Assembly: GCA_029887795.1 (NCBI GenBank)
Contig: JARXPE010000003.1
Coordinates: 28,600-92,599 of the forward strand
Direction: 5' to 3'
Source: Thermoproteota archaeon
Lineage (GTDB): Archaea; Thermoproteota; Methanomethylicia; Methanomethylicales; Methanomethylicaceae
DNA length: 64,000 nucleotides
Positions 21,120 through 30,640 of this stretch are shown one piece after another; positions within the stretch are counted from its first letter, which is position 1; the number at the start of each line of letters is the position of its first letter. The position numbers and the translations under genes were made by a program. The notes under the pieces are model-generated. The model saw nothing but the letters and a program-made list of their open reading frames with translations. It searched no databases and had not been told where the DNA came from.

Positions 21120-21171
21120 ATAAAGGTCAGAAATTAAATTGAATGAACATACAAAAAAAGAATTTTAAAAC

Positions 21172-21945
21172 TCAAGATCGAGTAGCTTGCATTCTCCTAA
21201 TTTCCGATATTATTTTGGGTATATCTCTGAGAGAACTAACAATATAATCCACTTCAGGCATTAGATCTTCCGACGCGTCGCAAGACTCTCTTTTTACAAG
21301 CACAGAGAGGTCCGCTTCCCTCATAGCTAGGAGGTCGTTAACATCATTTCCCACCATTACCACAAGTCCATAAAATCTTCTGAGACTCTTTACAAAATTC
21401 ATCTTTTCTTTGGGTGACGCATCGGCAAGAACAAACCTCTTGTCTATCCCTAAAAACTTGGCGCACTTCAAGGTTGCCTCTCGACAGTTTCCTGTGGCAA
21501 GGAATACGTCATCGTCAGAATCTCTGAGCTTCTTAATGACTTCTTTAACATCATCGTAAAGTTTCCCTCCCAAACCCACAGCATGTGTTGGGGTCCCGTC
21601 TTTATTCAGTATTACCGCTGCACATGTACCAATCTCTGAACCACAGTGAGTTTTCGCCTCAAATATTACCCTGTTTAATGCTTCTAAAATGTCATTTTGC
21701 CTCAAGATCTCATCGCTGACCTTTGGGGAAGTCGGCAAGGGTGAACAAATTACCTTTCCGATCTTAATGTTTTTTTGTTTTTTTGCGTTCGGGTCGCCCT
21801 TCACATTCACGAGGTAGCCACCAATCTCTATAACAAATTTCAAAGTATTTACATGGAAAAGAAGTTCCTTTCTTTGAAGATCATATATTACTCTACAAGG
21901 CCTTAGTATAGTTCCCGATTTGTCAAATACTATTGCTGCCCTCAA
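21172..21945 (-). CDS. HAD-superfamily hydrolase resembling the catalytic domain of P-type ATPases (soluble P-type ATPase-like phosphatase)
   Basis: Motif I FDKSGT; motif VMVGNDVNDLLAMREADLSV equivalent to the P-type ATPase GDGxNDxP hinge. Confidence 0.65.
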   Translation of the reverse strand: MRAAIVFDKSGTILRPCRVIYDLQRKELLFHVNTLKFVIEIGGYLVNVKGDPNAKKQKNIKIGKVICSPLPTSPKVSDEILRQNDILEALNRVIFEAKTHCGSEIGTCAAVILNKDGTPTHAVGLGGKLYDDVKEVIKKLRDSDDDVFLATGNCREATLKCAKFLGIDKRFVLADASPKEKMNFVKSLRRFYGLVVMVGNDVNDLLAMREADLSVLVKRESCDASEDLMPEVDYIVSSLRDIPKIISEIRRMQATRS

Positions 21946-21958
21946 AAGTTAGCCCTCT

Positions 21959-22270
21959 TCATCCAGCACCGCACACGTTCCCACTGGTATCTATTTTGCC
22001 CTCGTCTCTGATTTCAGGTGTTTCGGATTTCTCTTTTTCAACCTCTTTTATTTTCTCTTGTTCCACTTCTTTTTCCATCTCTTGCCTAGGCTCTTTTACA
22101 AAATCCTCTTCAACCGTTTCTAGAAAGTCCTCATCGTAAAATAGTCCTGTTGAATCCAACTTAGCCCAGACTTTGCCATCCATTTCTCTCAATTCAACAA
22201 TTCTGCCGAGGGTACCAGTCCTTTTGTATATAACTGATGCCCCTTCCCTGAGCACACTTTGCCCCTCCAC
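21959..22270 (-). CDS. Small protein with an acidic EKE-rich tail (KOW-like N-terminus), hypothetical
   Basis: 103 aa; N-terminal beta-rich ...GTLGRIVELREMDGKVWAKLDSTGLFYDEDFLE, then a low-complexity acidic C-terminus. Confidence 0.35.
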   Translation of the reverse strand: MEGQSVLREGASVIYKRTGTLGRIVELREMDGKVWAKLDSTGLFYDEDFLETVEEDFVKEPRQEMEKEVEQEKIKEVEKEKSETPEIRDEGKIDTSGNVCGAG

Positions 22271-22325
22271 AAATATTTAATAAATTCTTATGCATTTTCT
22301 TTCCTATTAATCTGAGGGGTCCCAC

Positions 22326-23255
22326 TTGGAAGACCTTAAAGAGATTGTGAGCAAGACAAGATCGTACAAAGGGCTATCAAGAAAGGCCCAGATTGGGGAG
22401 ATTGTTAATATACTTGGCGAGGTTGACTATGACGACGCTGGAATATTGAATGTGGAAGGACTCAATATTGTGGTTTCTACAGACGGCATAGCAGAGGATC
22501 TAGTCAAGTCTGATCCTTGGTTTGCTGGGTATTATTCTGTCCTTGTTAATGTCAATGATGTGGTGATAAAGGGTGCTAGACCTCTTGGATATGTGAACGT
22601 TATATCTGGACCTAGAGAGATTAGGAACAAGATGGCAGAAGGCATAAAGGCTGGACTTGAAAAGTACAACGTCAAACTGCTCAAGGGTCATACACATCCG
22701 GACTCTTCATACGCGGCAATTGACGCCGCGGTGGTTGGAATAGCAAAAAAGGTCGTAAGGGGAACCGACGCCCGTCCTGGCGACGAAATTGTGATGGCCA
22801 TCGACCTTTCAGGATCGTTTGGTCTAAAGGGCTGGGTTAAATGCTTTGATAGTACAGTTAAAAAGTCATCTAAACAAGTTCAAGATATGATCTCTGCCAT
22901 AATCTCTGTCATAGAAACTGGAAAAGTGCATTGTTCTAGGGACATAAGTGCCCCTGGAATATTAGGAAGTCTGGCAATGTTATGTGAGGCTAGTGGTGTT
23001 GGAGCAGAAGTCTCTCTGGACAAGATCCCTGCCCCAAAAGGCTCTTCGCTTTCTGAGTGGTTGACTTCATACCCTGCAATGGGATTTATATTTGGCTCCT
23101 CTACTTCCAATGTCTTTGAGACCTTGAAGAATTCTGGTTTCTCTGTGGAATCTGTAGGTCGCTTCACAGCCGACAAAAAAATAATCGTGTCTATGGATCA
23201 TAAAAAAGAAATCTTCATGGATCTAGCGAGGGAGTCTGTCTTCGGATTGAGATAG
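22326..23255 (+). CDS. AIR-synthase-related (PurM/HypE/ThiL-like) protein; candidate methanogenesis marker protein 2
   Basis: VVSTDGIAEDL and downstream glycine-rich segments characteristic of the PurM-like N and C domains; TTG start; lies in the MCR island. Confidence 0.55.
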   Translation: MEDLKEIVSKTRSYKGLSRKAQIGEIVNILGEVDYDDAGILNVEGLNIVVSTDGIAEDLVKSDPWFAGYYSVLVNVNDVVIKGARPLGYVNVISGPREIRNKMAEGIKAGLEKYNVKLLKGHTHPDSSYAAIDAAVVGIAKKVVRGTDARPGDEIVMAIDLSGSFGLKGWVKCFDSTVKKSSKQVQDMISAIISVIETGKVHCSRDISAPGILGSLAMLCEASGVGAEVSLDKIPAPKGSSLSEWLTSYPAMGFIFGSSTSNVFETLKNSGFSVESVGRFTADKKIIVSMDHKKEIFMDLARESVFGLR

Positions 23256-24851
23256 TTCCGCGATCTCCTCTGGGGAGAAGGAGTTCACGACTTCACATAC
23301 GGGGCCCCTCATTGCTATCTTCCCGTCTCTGAGCAGTAGCGCTTCGTCACAGGTATTCATGACAAACCCCATATCGTGCGAGACTATTAAAAAAGTCTGC
23401 CGGAGCTCGTGCCTTGCATTCTTTATTGATTTGGAAACATCCTGCTGCGTTATTGGATCCATTGTGCCGGTAGGCTCGTCTAATATTACTAGGATCGGCT
23501 CTCTTATTAGGACTTGGGCAAGCGCGACCCTATGCCTCTCGCCCTCGCTCAACTCATCAGGGTACTTATTCAAAATAGGCTCTATCAGACTTTCTTGGAA
23601 ACCAGCCGCTCTCAAGACCATGGCTGCCTTGAATTTGGCAAATTCGTCTGGCAATTCAAGCCCGATGGCATCAGTAAGGTTCTCTTGCACAGTCCTGTGT
23701 GGATAAAGCGAGTACTCTTGGTGAAGCAAACCGATGTATGGCGTCGCTCTGCCGCGCCCCATAGGCCCTGGTTGTAACATGTCCACCCATTCATCACCTA
23801 TCCTCAGCCAGACCCTGCCAGATGTCGGTTCCGTAAGACCTGCAATGATCCTCGAAAGCGTCGTCTTCCCTGCCCCACTCATCCCTACAATGCCAAATAT
23901 CTGCCCCTCCCTAACCTCAAAGGAGACGTCATCTAGCGCTCTAACAACCCCTTTGTCTATGGAGAAGTAATGCTTCTTCAGCCCCTCTACCCTGAGTATT
24001 GTATCTCCCGCCTCTGCGGGCACCTCTTTTGATATGGTTTCTGCCTCTGATAGGAACTCCCTCACGATTTCCTTCGGGTCTCCTATGACCTTCACACTTC
24101 CGTTCTCTAACAGTATTGCCCTCTCACTCAAAGCTTCTACTGCCTCGGGCAGGTGTGATGTGACCAGCATGGTTATGTTTTTACCCTTGACCTCTTCGTT
24201 CAATATCCTGTATACCATCCTTGCACTCAGCGGATCGAGCGTCCCCGTGGGTTCGTCTGCCAGCAACAGTATGGGTCTTATTGCCAACTGCCTGCCTAGT
24301 ACGACCCTCTGCTTCTCACCACCACTGAGATCCCTCGCCGCATGGAGTAGCCTATGTTCCAGGCCCATCCTCTTGGCAAGCTCGAGCGCCTTGCGCCCAA
24401 CATCGGCATTCTCGAGTTCAGCTTTCTCTAACGCCTCAACAAAATTCTCGTACACGGTGAGGCTGCCGTAAAGAGCAAAGGTTCTTTGAAACATTATTGC
24501 TATCCTATTTTTAATGTCTTTGGCTGACTCCCTATCCTCCCAGAAGTCTACCTCAATAAGTTCCATCTTTCCACAACATCTAGGACAAACCTTCCCTGCC
24601 CTGCTAGGCCCCTCAACGAAGCCACATTCCTTGCATGATGCTACTCGGTATATCACTTTACCTGCCGTGGGAGCATATTCTCCAATCCCTTTAAGCATTG
24701 AGAGAAGCACACTCTTACCAGAACCGCTCTTCCCAAGAATCCCGACTCTTTCGCCTTCGCGAATTACTAGTGACACATCCTTGAGAACGTAATGCCCGTT
24801 AAACTTTTTGGAAACGCCATCTACGATGATCAATGCCTCCCTCATCGTCAT
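23223..24851 (-). CDS. atwA: MCR system component A2 (AtwA-like): soluble tandem ABC ATPase with a Zn-ribbon insert
   Basis: Two full ABC cassettes (GKSGSGKS/LSGGEKQRV/LLLADEPT and GMSGAGKTT/LSEGERHRVALAQVL/ILDEPTG) with no transmembrane domain. CKECG...CPRCCG insert in cassette 1. Next to ycaO-tfuA. Confidence 0.7.
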   Translation of the reverse strand: MTMREALIIVDGVSKKFNGHYVLKDVSLVIREGERVGILGKSGSGKSVLLSMLKGIGEYAPTAGKVIYRVASCKECGFVEGPSRAGKVCPRCCGKMELIEVDFWEDRESAKDIKNRIAIMFQRTFALYGSLTVYENFVEALEKAELENADVGRKALELAKRMGLEHRLLHAARDLSGGEKQRVVLGRQLAIRPILLLADEPTGTLDPLSARMVYRILNEEVKGKNITMLVTSHLPEAVEALSERAILLENGSVKVIGDPKEIVREFLSEAETISKEVPAEAGDTILRVEGLKKHYFSIDKGVVRALDDVSFEVREGQIFGIVGMSGAGKTTLSRIIAGLTEPTSGRVWLRIGDEWVDMLQPGPMGRGRATPYIGLLHQEYSLYPHRTVQENLTDAIGLELPDEFAKFKAAMVLRAAGFQESLIEPILNKYPDELSEGERHRVALAQVLIREPILVILDEPTGTMDPITQQDVSKSIKNARHELRQTFLIVSHDMGFVMNTCDEALLLRDGKIAMRGPVCEVVNSFSPEEIAELSQSEDRLPR

Positions 24852-24892
24852 GCACCAAAGAACACGATTATTAATGAGATGTGATATTTAAG

Positions 24893-25552
24893 TCATACAC
24901 TCCTATTGATTGTCGTCAGTTCTCTGATCTTCTTTAAAACTTCAATCGCATCAATCCGCTTTTGATCGACTCTCTCTCTTTTCAACAATTCTAGAATGAA
25001 CTTTGCCCTTTCTCTGCCTAATTTGTCTATGGCATTCTGAATTATCCTACTGTAATTTCTGAGGTGAAAGGGGGTCTCCTTAGCACTCTCTATTATGATC
25101 TCTCCGTCCGCCTTACTGATCATGCCTCTTGATATCAGTAGCTCCAAAGTAGCTCTTATATTGACCAAAGGCTCGGAGAGTGGTTGATATGTGTTTGGAT
25201 GGAATACAACCGCCACTTCGTCATCAGCGCTAATAACACCTTGTTTATACCATCTGTAAATCTTCCCGACTCCGATCATGCCGTAGAGATCCAACTCGCA
25301 AGCCCTCAGAGCTCCTATACTAGATCCGCCGACCACCTTTACTCCCTTTTTAAGGGCATAAAGTATCTCACGATGCGAAACTGCTGTTTTCTGGTAGAAG
25401 ACGCCATCCACAAGCCCTATTATCTCGAACCCCTCATCAACAGCTCCCGCCACATCTCCCCTCCCAGCAGGTGGCCTGTACTCAACATCGTCCAAAATTT
25501 TTTCCGCCTCTTCTACAGGCAGACTTGGTCCTAAAAACACAACAACTTTCAT
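24893..25552 (-). CDS. tfuA: TfuA-like protein (partner of YcaO for McrA thioglycine formation)
   Basis: MKVVVFLGPSLPVEEAE...PPAGRGDV...GSSIGALRA is the TfuA signature. Start moved to the ATG at 25552 (GAAGGT ribosome-binding site), 25 nt after the ycaO stop; the track start at 25618 overlaps ycaO. Confidence 0.8.
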   Translation of the reverse strand: MKVVVFLGPSLPVEEAEKILDDVEYRPPAGRGDVAGAVDEGFEIIGLVDGVFYQKTAVSHREILYALKKGVKVVGGSSIGALRACELDLYGMIGVGKIYRWYKQGVISADDEVAVVFHPNTYQPLSEPLVNIRATLELLISRGMISKADGEIIIESAKETPFHLRNYSRIIQNAIDKLGRERAKFILELLKRERVDQKRIDAIEVLKKIRELTTINRSV

Positions 25553-25577
25553 AACCTTCTTCACACTTTCGATTTTT

Positions 25578-26783
25578 TCAACATTGACTTTTCTTGATCT
25601 TTTGGAGCGCCCTAGCACCTATTCTGTCTTTGTCCAGTGCATAAACCTCTAAACCTGGGACTATGACCCGCACGGCGGGAATGTTGACTTCATTTCTCGT
25701 CAAATCCACAATTATGACCTCGTTCAACCCCGCCTTTTTAAGCTTATTTATGATGTGGTTTATGTCCTCCAAAACATCATCACTATCATAGCCTTCAAGT
25801 TCGCTTATGCTTACCCGATCACCGGAACCCTCAAACCACTTCTTATTCAACCTCTTCATGCGCTCATATCCTATCCTTCTCGCAAAAACTGCCTTGTAGG
25901 TGTCCTCCCTAGTCCCATGAATCGTTGTAAGCCTGCTCTGGGCAGCCTCAGTCAGCGCCCTAACCAGGGCGATCTCTGGCACAAGGTGCGTCCCAACTCC
26001 AAGCGAAAGAAGCGCTGGATCTTTAGTCATCTCATCATCTATCGCAACCGATATTGTGGGTATCCCTATGTCTGATGTTATGTCTTTTATATAGACTTGC
26101 ACCGAAGCCTCCCTGAATCTTCTTATAAGTTCCTCTGCCAAGTCACAACCCTCGACCAACAAATCTCTACCCTTAGTAACTCCCAACTCAAATAGAGACC
26201 AAGCATCCCTCTCTATGACCTCCAAGAGCCCATGCAGAATGGCTTCCTCTATCTCATTCCCTACTGCCAATCCATTGGTATTGGTTCTGAAGAGCTGGTT
26301 TTCCCCCCTGTAGGGATGGAATACTGCCTCTGCTGGAACTAGGACTGCTTTCCCATGAGTCAGCGAGTGCCCATGTACCCACTCAAGATTTTCACTATGA
26401 GAATAGCGCCTTAGTTTAGGAAGATTCAGGGCAAATGGATCGAGCACGCAGTATGACTCGGATAGTGATTCATAACTGCCTTTTATTATTCCAATTTCTC
26501 TTGGCTCTCCTGAGAACCTTTCTATTCCCTCCATTATCGCCGAGATCTTTGCCTCCTCGGGAACATGACCCTTACCGGTGTATACTGTTATCGCACCTTC
26601 TGCAGCAAGGGGTCGCATTGCCGTGAAAACTGGTATCCCTATCCTGTCCAGTCCTGTTATGTCCGCCACTCTAGTTATTCCCGCCTTACTGTAAACTTTT
26701 TCTAGCAGCTCTAAAGTTTCCATCAGAGGCTTAGCTCGATGGGTGCCCTCTTTGTGACGCTTTTTTATGGAACGAAGTATCAT
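25578..26783 (-). CDS. ycaO: YcaO-domain protein (methanogenesis marker 1; McrA glycine thioamidation)
   Basis: ITRVADITGLDRIGIPVF and downstream ATP-binding YcaO blocks; 401 aa; directly upstream of tfuA. Confidence 0.85.
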   Translation of the reverse strand: MILRSIKKRHKEGTHRAKPLMETLELLEKVYSKAGITRVADITGLDRIGIPVFTAMRPLAAEGAITVYTGKGHVPEEAKISAIMEGIERFSGEPREIGIIKGSYESLSESYCVLDPFALNLPKLRRYSHSENLEWVHGHSLTHGKAVLVPAEAVFHPYRGENQLFRTNTNGLAVGNEIEEAILHGLLEVIERDAWSLFELGVTKGRDLLVEGCDLAEELIRRFREASVQVYIKDITSDIGIPTISVAIDDEMTKDPALLSLGVGTHLVPEIALVRALTEAAQSRLTTIHGTREDTYKAVFARRIGYERMKRLNKKWFEGSGDRVSISELEGYDSDDVLEDINHIINKLKKAGLNEVIIVDLTRNEVNIPAVRVIVPGLEVYALDKDRIGARALQKIKKSQC

Positions 26784-26892
26784 GAAATCACGCCCATCGA
26801 CATTTTTGCCTCTAATTGTATTTTTATAGGATTACCATCCGTATCAATATTAGTCCCATGACTACAAAATCATTTGCGAATGATCAGCGGGA

Positions 26893-28149
26893 TCATCTTC
26901 CTTCTTCTTCAAGTTCCTTCATACCGGAGACCATAACTGCCACACCCACTGCACCTATTAGGTTCGGTCTTTCCGGAACGATCACATCGACACTCAAAAT
27001 CTCTGACATGGCCTTAACGAGCCCTTTTATGAGCGCTGTGGAGCCGACCTGCACAATCGGGTACCTGATGTCTATCTCCTGAAGCTGCTGTTCGAAGACC
27101 TGCTCCGCGACGCTGTGACACGCCGCCGCGGCAACATCCTCGACCTTAGCCCCGCTAGCAAGACCCGCGACCAGATCTTGTAGTCCAAATACTATGCAAT
27201 AGGCATTCATGGGGACTTTTCTGTAATCACCCTTCATTGCAAGATCTCCGAACTCTTCAAGAGATACTCCCAGTCTCTTTGCGCTCGTCTCTATAAATCT
27301 TCCGGACGCCCCTGCACAGACTCCTCCCACCGTAAAGCTATCCGGTATACTGTCATAGAGGGTGACTGCTTTGTTGTCCATCCCTCCTATGTCTATTACA
27401 GTAGCATCTCCCTTCTGCCTATCGCAGAGGTATAGTGCCCCCTTTGAGCAAGTGGAGACCTCCTCCATCGCAAGCTTGGCCTTATACGCCTCCTTTAGAA
27501 TCATTCTGCCATAACCTGTTACACCTATAGCCTCCAAACTTTCCAGGCTGACCTTTGCTTCTTTAAGTGCCATATTGAGTGCTAATTGCCCGCTCTCAAA
27601 TACACTCGTTGTCGGGATCCACCCTGAACCGATGATCTCGTCGTCCTTCATTATGACCGCCTTTGTTGTCGTAGACCCTGAGTCTATCCCGGCAGTCAGC
27701 CCCTCCTGTTTTGTCCTGGCGAATAGCGGTTTCTTTCCGATTATACTGACGAGGGCCTCCATCCTCAGCAGCAGAGCGCCCGCCTTGGTCCTCTCCGTGA
27801 ATGAGTAAGTCACAACAGGGATCTTTGTTTTGCTCTGAATGTATCTCCTGATAATACTTCGGGTAAGTGCGCCCTCCGCGCATTTGAAACATGTAGCTAT
27901 GAATACCCCGTCAGCCTCAACCCTTCCTTCCACGACCGCTTTTGCCCTTGCCATCATCACCTTTAGACCTGGACTTGCTACATGAAATCCAAGCTCATCC
28001 TCAATTGATCTTATCTCAGCTAGGTCGACCTCTGGGATAAAGATCTTGCCGCCAACTATTTCGGCAGCTTTCTCAATCTCATTTTGTATGCCACTATATT
28101 CCGTTCCACAGGATATCTGCGCTATCCTGATCTTTCTCGCCATCTTCAT
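26893..28149 (-). CDS. BadF/BadG/BcrA/BcrD-type ATPase (CoA-substrate-specific enzyme activase family) with an N-terminal roughly 140-aa extension; candidate methanogenesis marker 15
   Basis: [14 protein letters not shown] phosphate-1 motif and [10 protein letters not shown] phosphate-2 motif of the ASKHA/BcrAD family. Confidence 0.55.
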   Translation of the reverse strand: MKMARKIRIAQISCGTEYSGIQNEIEKAAEIVGGKIFIPEVDLAEIRSIEDELGFHVASPGLKVMMARAKAVVEGRVEADGVFIATCFKCAEGALTRSIIRRYIQSKTKIPVVTYSFTERTKAGALLLRMEALVSIIGKKPLFARTKQEGLTAGIDSGSTTTKAVIMKDDEIIGSGWIPTTSVFESGQLALNMALKEAKVSLESLEAIGVTGYGRMILKEAYKAKLAMEEVSTCSKGALYLCDRQKGDATVIDIGGMDNKAVTLYDSIPDSFTVGGVCAGASGRFIETSAKRLGVSLEEFGDLAMKGDYRKVPMNAYCIVFGLQDLVAGLASGAKVEDVAAAACHSVAEQVFEQQLQEIDIRYPIVQVGSTALIKGLVKAMSEILSVDVIVPERPNLIGAVGVAVMVSGMKELEEEGR

Positions 28150-28368
28150 ACCCGATTAATGTGGTTTAAGCGCTCATTTATTTATTGCCTTCTATATGTT
28201 GAACCCAATATCCCCAATCACAAAAAAGCATCAACCTCACAAACTCTAGGAAATTTAGAGTAACGAGTACAATTTGTGTTTTTAGAGTTTATGATCTAGA
28301 GGAGGCTTTATATTGTTAAAGTAATTTTAAATGCGATCTGAACAATCGCCCGCACACCGACCTCAATT

Positions 28369-29517
28369 CTATTTGACGCGTATCTCTACAATGTCCTTAT
28401 CTGCGAGTTCATGTTCTCCGCCCACGCGTTCTCCATCATAATTAACTGATTCTCCCCAAACCCTTGCATATTTGAAGTTTTTATAGAGGTGAGAGTGCAC
28501 TATCTTCGCTATATCAATCACTTTTGTTCCTGCAGGCACAATAATTGGCTTCTCGGCTCTCTCCCCATTCGGCTCTTTTGTATAAATCCTCATTATTCCG
28601 AGTGTTCTGAAGAGGGCTTTTCCAAGATCTGCTACCCCCTCCCCAGTCAAAGCTGATATGCCAATGGCCTCTCTCCCCGTAGTTTTCTTGAACTCCTCCA
28701 CCGCAGCTGGATAAAGATCTACTTTATTTATCACGATAAGAGATGGCTTGTAAACTCTCGTCTGTTCCAGCGCCTCCTCAAAGTCCCTTAATGTAACGTC
28801 GCCCCACACCCTGACCACCGCATTTCTAACCCCGTTCTCCCTCAAAATTTTCTTAACATCTTCAATACCACAACTCATCCTACCCATACACATGATCTGA
28901 ATACCCCCGCCGTTGGTGACTTCTATCTCAACCCTGTTTGTCCTCCTATCAATGGTTATGCCTGCGTTTGTCAGTTCCTTCAGTATCTTCATAAACTGGT
29001 TTGGAGCGTCTCCACCGTCCAATACCAGTAGCAGCCCGTCAGCATTCCTTGCTAAACTCAAAACCTGTGCACCCCACGCTCCCTCTTCCATCTCCTCGTA
29101 TATGGCTGGGGTATCTACCAACTGAAACTGTATGTCTTCATACTTCATCATGCCCGGGACGGGCTCCCTAGTCGTAAACTGATGGTCTGATACCTCGGTC
29201 TTTGCATTTGTTACTCGCATTAACAACGAGCTCTTACCCGACCCAGTCATACCAAGCATAACTACCTGCGCCGCACCCTCCTTTTTAACTGCGAATCCGC
29301 CACCGCCGCCCCCCACCTTCCTCTTCTTCTGCTCCTCTAGCTCTGCCTTGAGCTGCGCTAGCCTCCTGCGAAGATACCCCCTCATCTTCTCGTTTCCTTT
29401 GTGTTCAGGTATGGATGAAATAAACTCTTGTAGGTACTTGATCTTCTCAGGTAGAGTCTTGGCCTCGATATACCTCCTCTCTGCAGCTTTTGCCTGGGGA
29501 GGGAGGTTAGCTGGCAT
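28369..29517 (-). CDS. Developmentally regulated GTP-binding protein (DRG/Obg family, C-terminal TGS domain)
   Basis: G1 GMTGSGKSSL, G3 DTPA, G4 NKVD, TGS-like C-terminus; the poly-Gly linker is typical of archaeal DRG. Confidence 0.8.
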   Translation of the reverse strand: MPANLPPQAKAAERRYIEAKTLPEKIKYLQEFISSIPEHKGNEKMRGYLRRRLAQLKAELEEQKKRKVGGGGGGFAVKKEGAAQVVMLGMTGSGKSSLLMRVTNAKTEVSDHQFTTREPVPGMMKYEDIQFQLVDTPAIYEEMEEGAWGAQVLSLARNADGLLLVLDGGDAPNQFMKILKELTNAGITIDRRTNRVEIEVTNGGGIQIMCMGRMSCGIEDVKKILRENGVRNAVVRVWGDVTLRDFEEALEQTRVYKPSLIVINKVDLYPAAVEEFKKTTGREAIGISALTGEGVADLGKALFRTLGIMRIYTKEPNGERAEKPIIVPAGTKVIDIAKIVHSHLYKNFKYARVWGESVNYDGERVGGEHELADKDIVEIRVK

Positions 29518-29566
29518 AACTATCCAAGAATAAGCTCAAAAAACCCAATATTAACTATTTGCTTTT

Positions 29567-30559
29567 TCATGTTAAAATATTCGCCTTCTTATGATTTCCC
29601 CCTTTTTTTAAAACACCAACCATTCTAGCAATCCTCACAACCCTATCAGCGAGCTTGCTAGCATTCTCCTCAAAGAGGTAAACGTTCGGTTCTATGCCGA
29701 ATCCTCCCTCATCCACGATCGCATCGAACCATCCCTCCCCCCTCTTTGCCAGCTCCTCTATGAACCTTATGAGCTCGTCCTCCCCTTCCTTATATGCAGG
29801 GTCTCTTTTGAGTGTGAAATACTTGAGATTCAATTTATTCAACACTGTCATAACGTCTGCATCATACTTTATGTTCATCGCCGACCTAATATTGGGATTG
29901 ACCCTCATGGCAGTAAGTAGGACTTTTCCAAGATGCCCCGAAACACCAAACTCAGGATCCATCAAAGATTTTGCCTTCCCTCTGAATCGAACAATTCTTC
30001 CGGGAACTCCAGCTACATCAGATATGGTCTTTGCCTCCTTTAGCGCCATCACAATGTTGGAAAAAACCTCCGGAAGCAACAATGTGAAATCTTGGCAGCT
30101 CTCTAAGGTATCTACTGCCAACCTAAGCTCGCTCAGGATCCTGCGCCTTAAATCCGATACATCCGCCAAACTCATATGGAGCTGCATGCAGATTGCACAT
30201 CTCTCTTCTTCAAGCTCATGAATCTTCATCTTGTGAGCGTGGCAGATCGTTCCACCTCTCCTAAGGCTCAGGCAGATCTTGCAAATGTGGTTTATCAGGT
30301 CGGTATAGGTCAACCTCTTCACGTTTATTTCTGAGGTTATGCTCTTTGCTAGGGCAGAGAGCTCTTCCACGCTGAATGGAGGCAAAATCACCTCTTTTTC
30401 ATCTTGTGCCAAGTATCCGCTCACTGCTGCCTGTGTGACCCCCAGTTTTCTTGCGATCCTTGTTTGCGTCCATCCATAGGTCTCTGACAACTCTTTTGCT
30501 ATTAAGACCCTTAGTGCTGGCAGGAGAACCCTAACTGTAATCTCGCAAGGCGGGTTCAA
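29567..30559 (-). CDS. thiR: ThiR-type regulator (N-terminal HTH fused to a ThiN thiamine-phosphate-synthase-like domain)
   Basis: HTH segment [20 protein letters not shown]; its C-terminal half is homologous to the ThiN part of the adjacent ThiDN (GVPGRI...FG.S.H...V). Confidence 0.6.
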   Translation of the reverse strand: MNPPCEITVRVLLPALRVLIAKELSETYGWTQTRIARKLGVTQAAVSGYLAQDEKEVILPPFSVEELSALAKSITSEINVKRLTYTDLINHICKICLSLRRGGTICHAHKMKIHELEEERCAICMQLHMSLADVSDLRRRILSELRLAVDTLESCQDFTLLLPEVFSNIVMALKEAKTISDVAGVPGRIVRFRGKAKSLMDPEFGVSGHLGKVLLTAMRVNPNIRSAMNIKYDADVMTVLNKLNLKYFTLKRDPAYKEGEDELIRFIEELAKRGEGWFDAIVDEGGFGIEPNVYLFEENASKLADRVVRIARMVGVLKKGGNHKKANILT

Positions 30560-30640
30560 AGCTCGCCCTCCATTATAAAGTAATTATTATAACCTTTATA
30601 TTGCATACTTATAAAAGTGATTAAAGATCTATTATAGTTT

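Noticed and set aside
23223-24851. A2-like proteins as ABC-F translation factors or transporter ATPase fusions
   Set aside because: They are in an archaeal context with ycaO/tfuA and methanogenesis-marker-like neighbours and have no transmembrane partner; AtwA-type is more parsimonious, though not proven.
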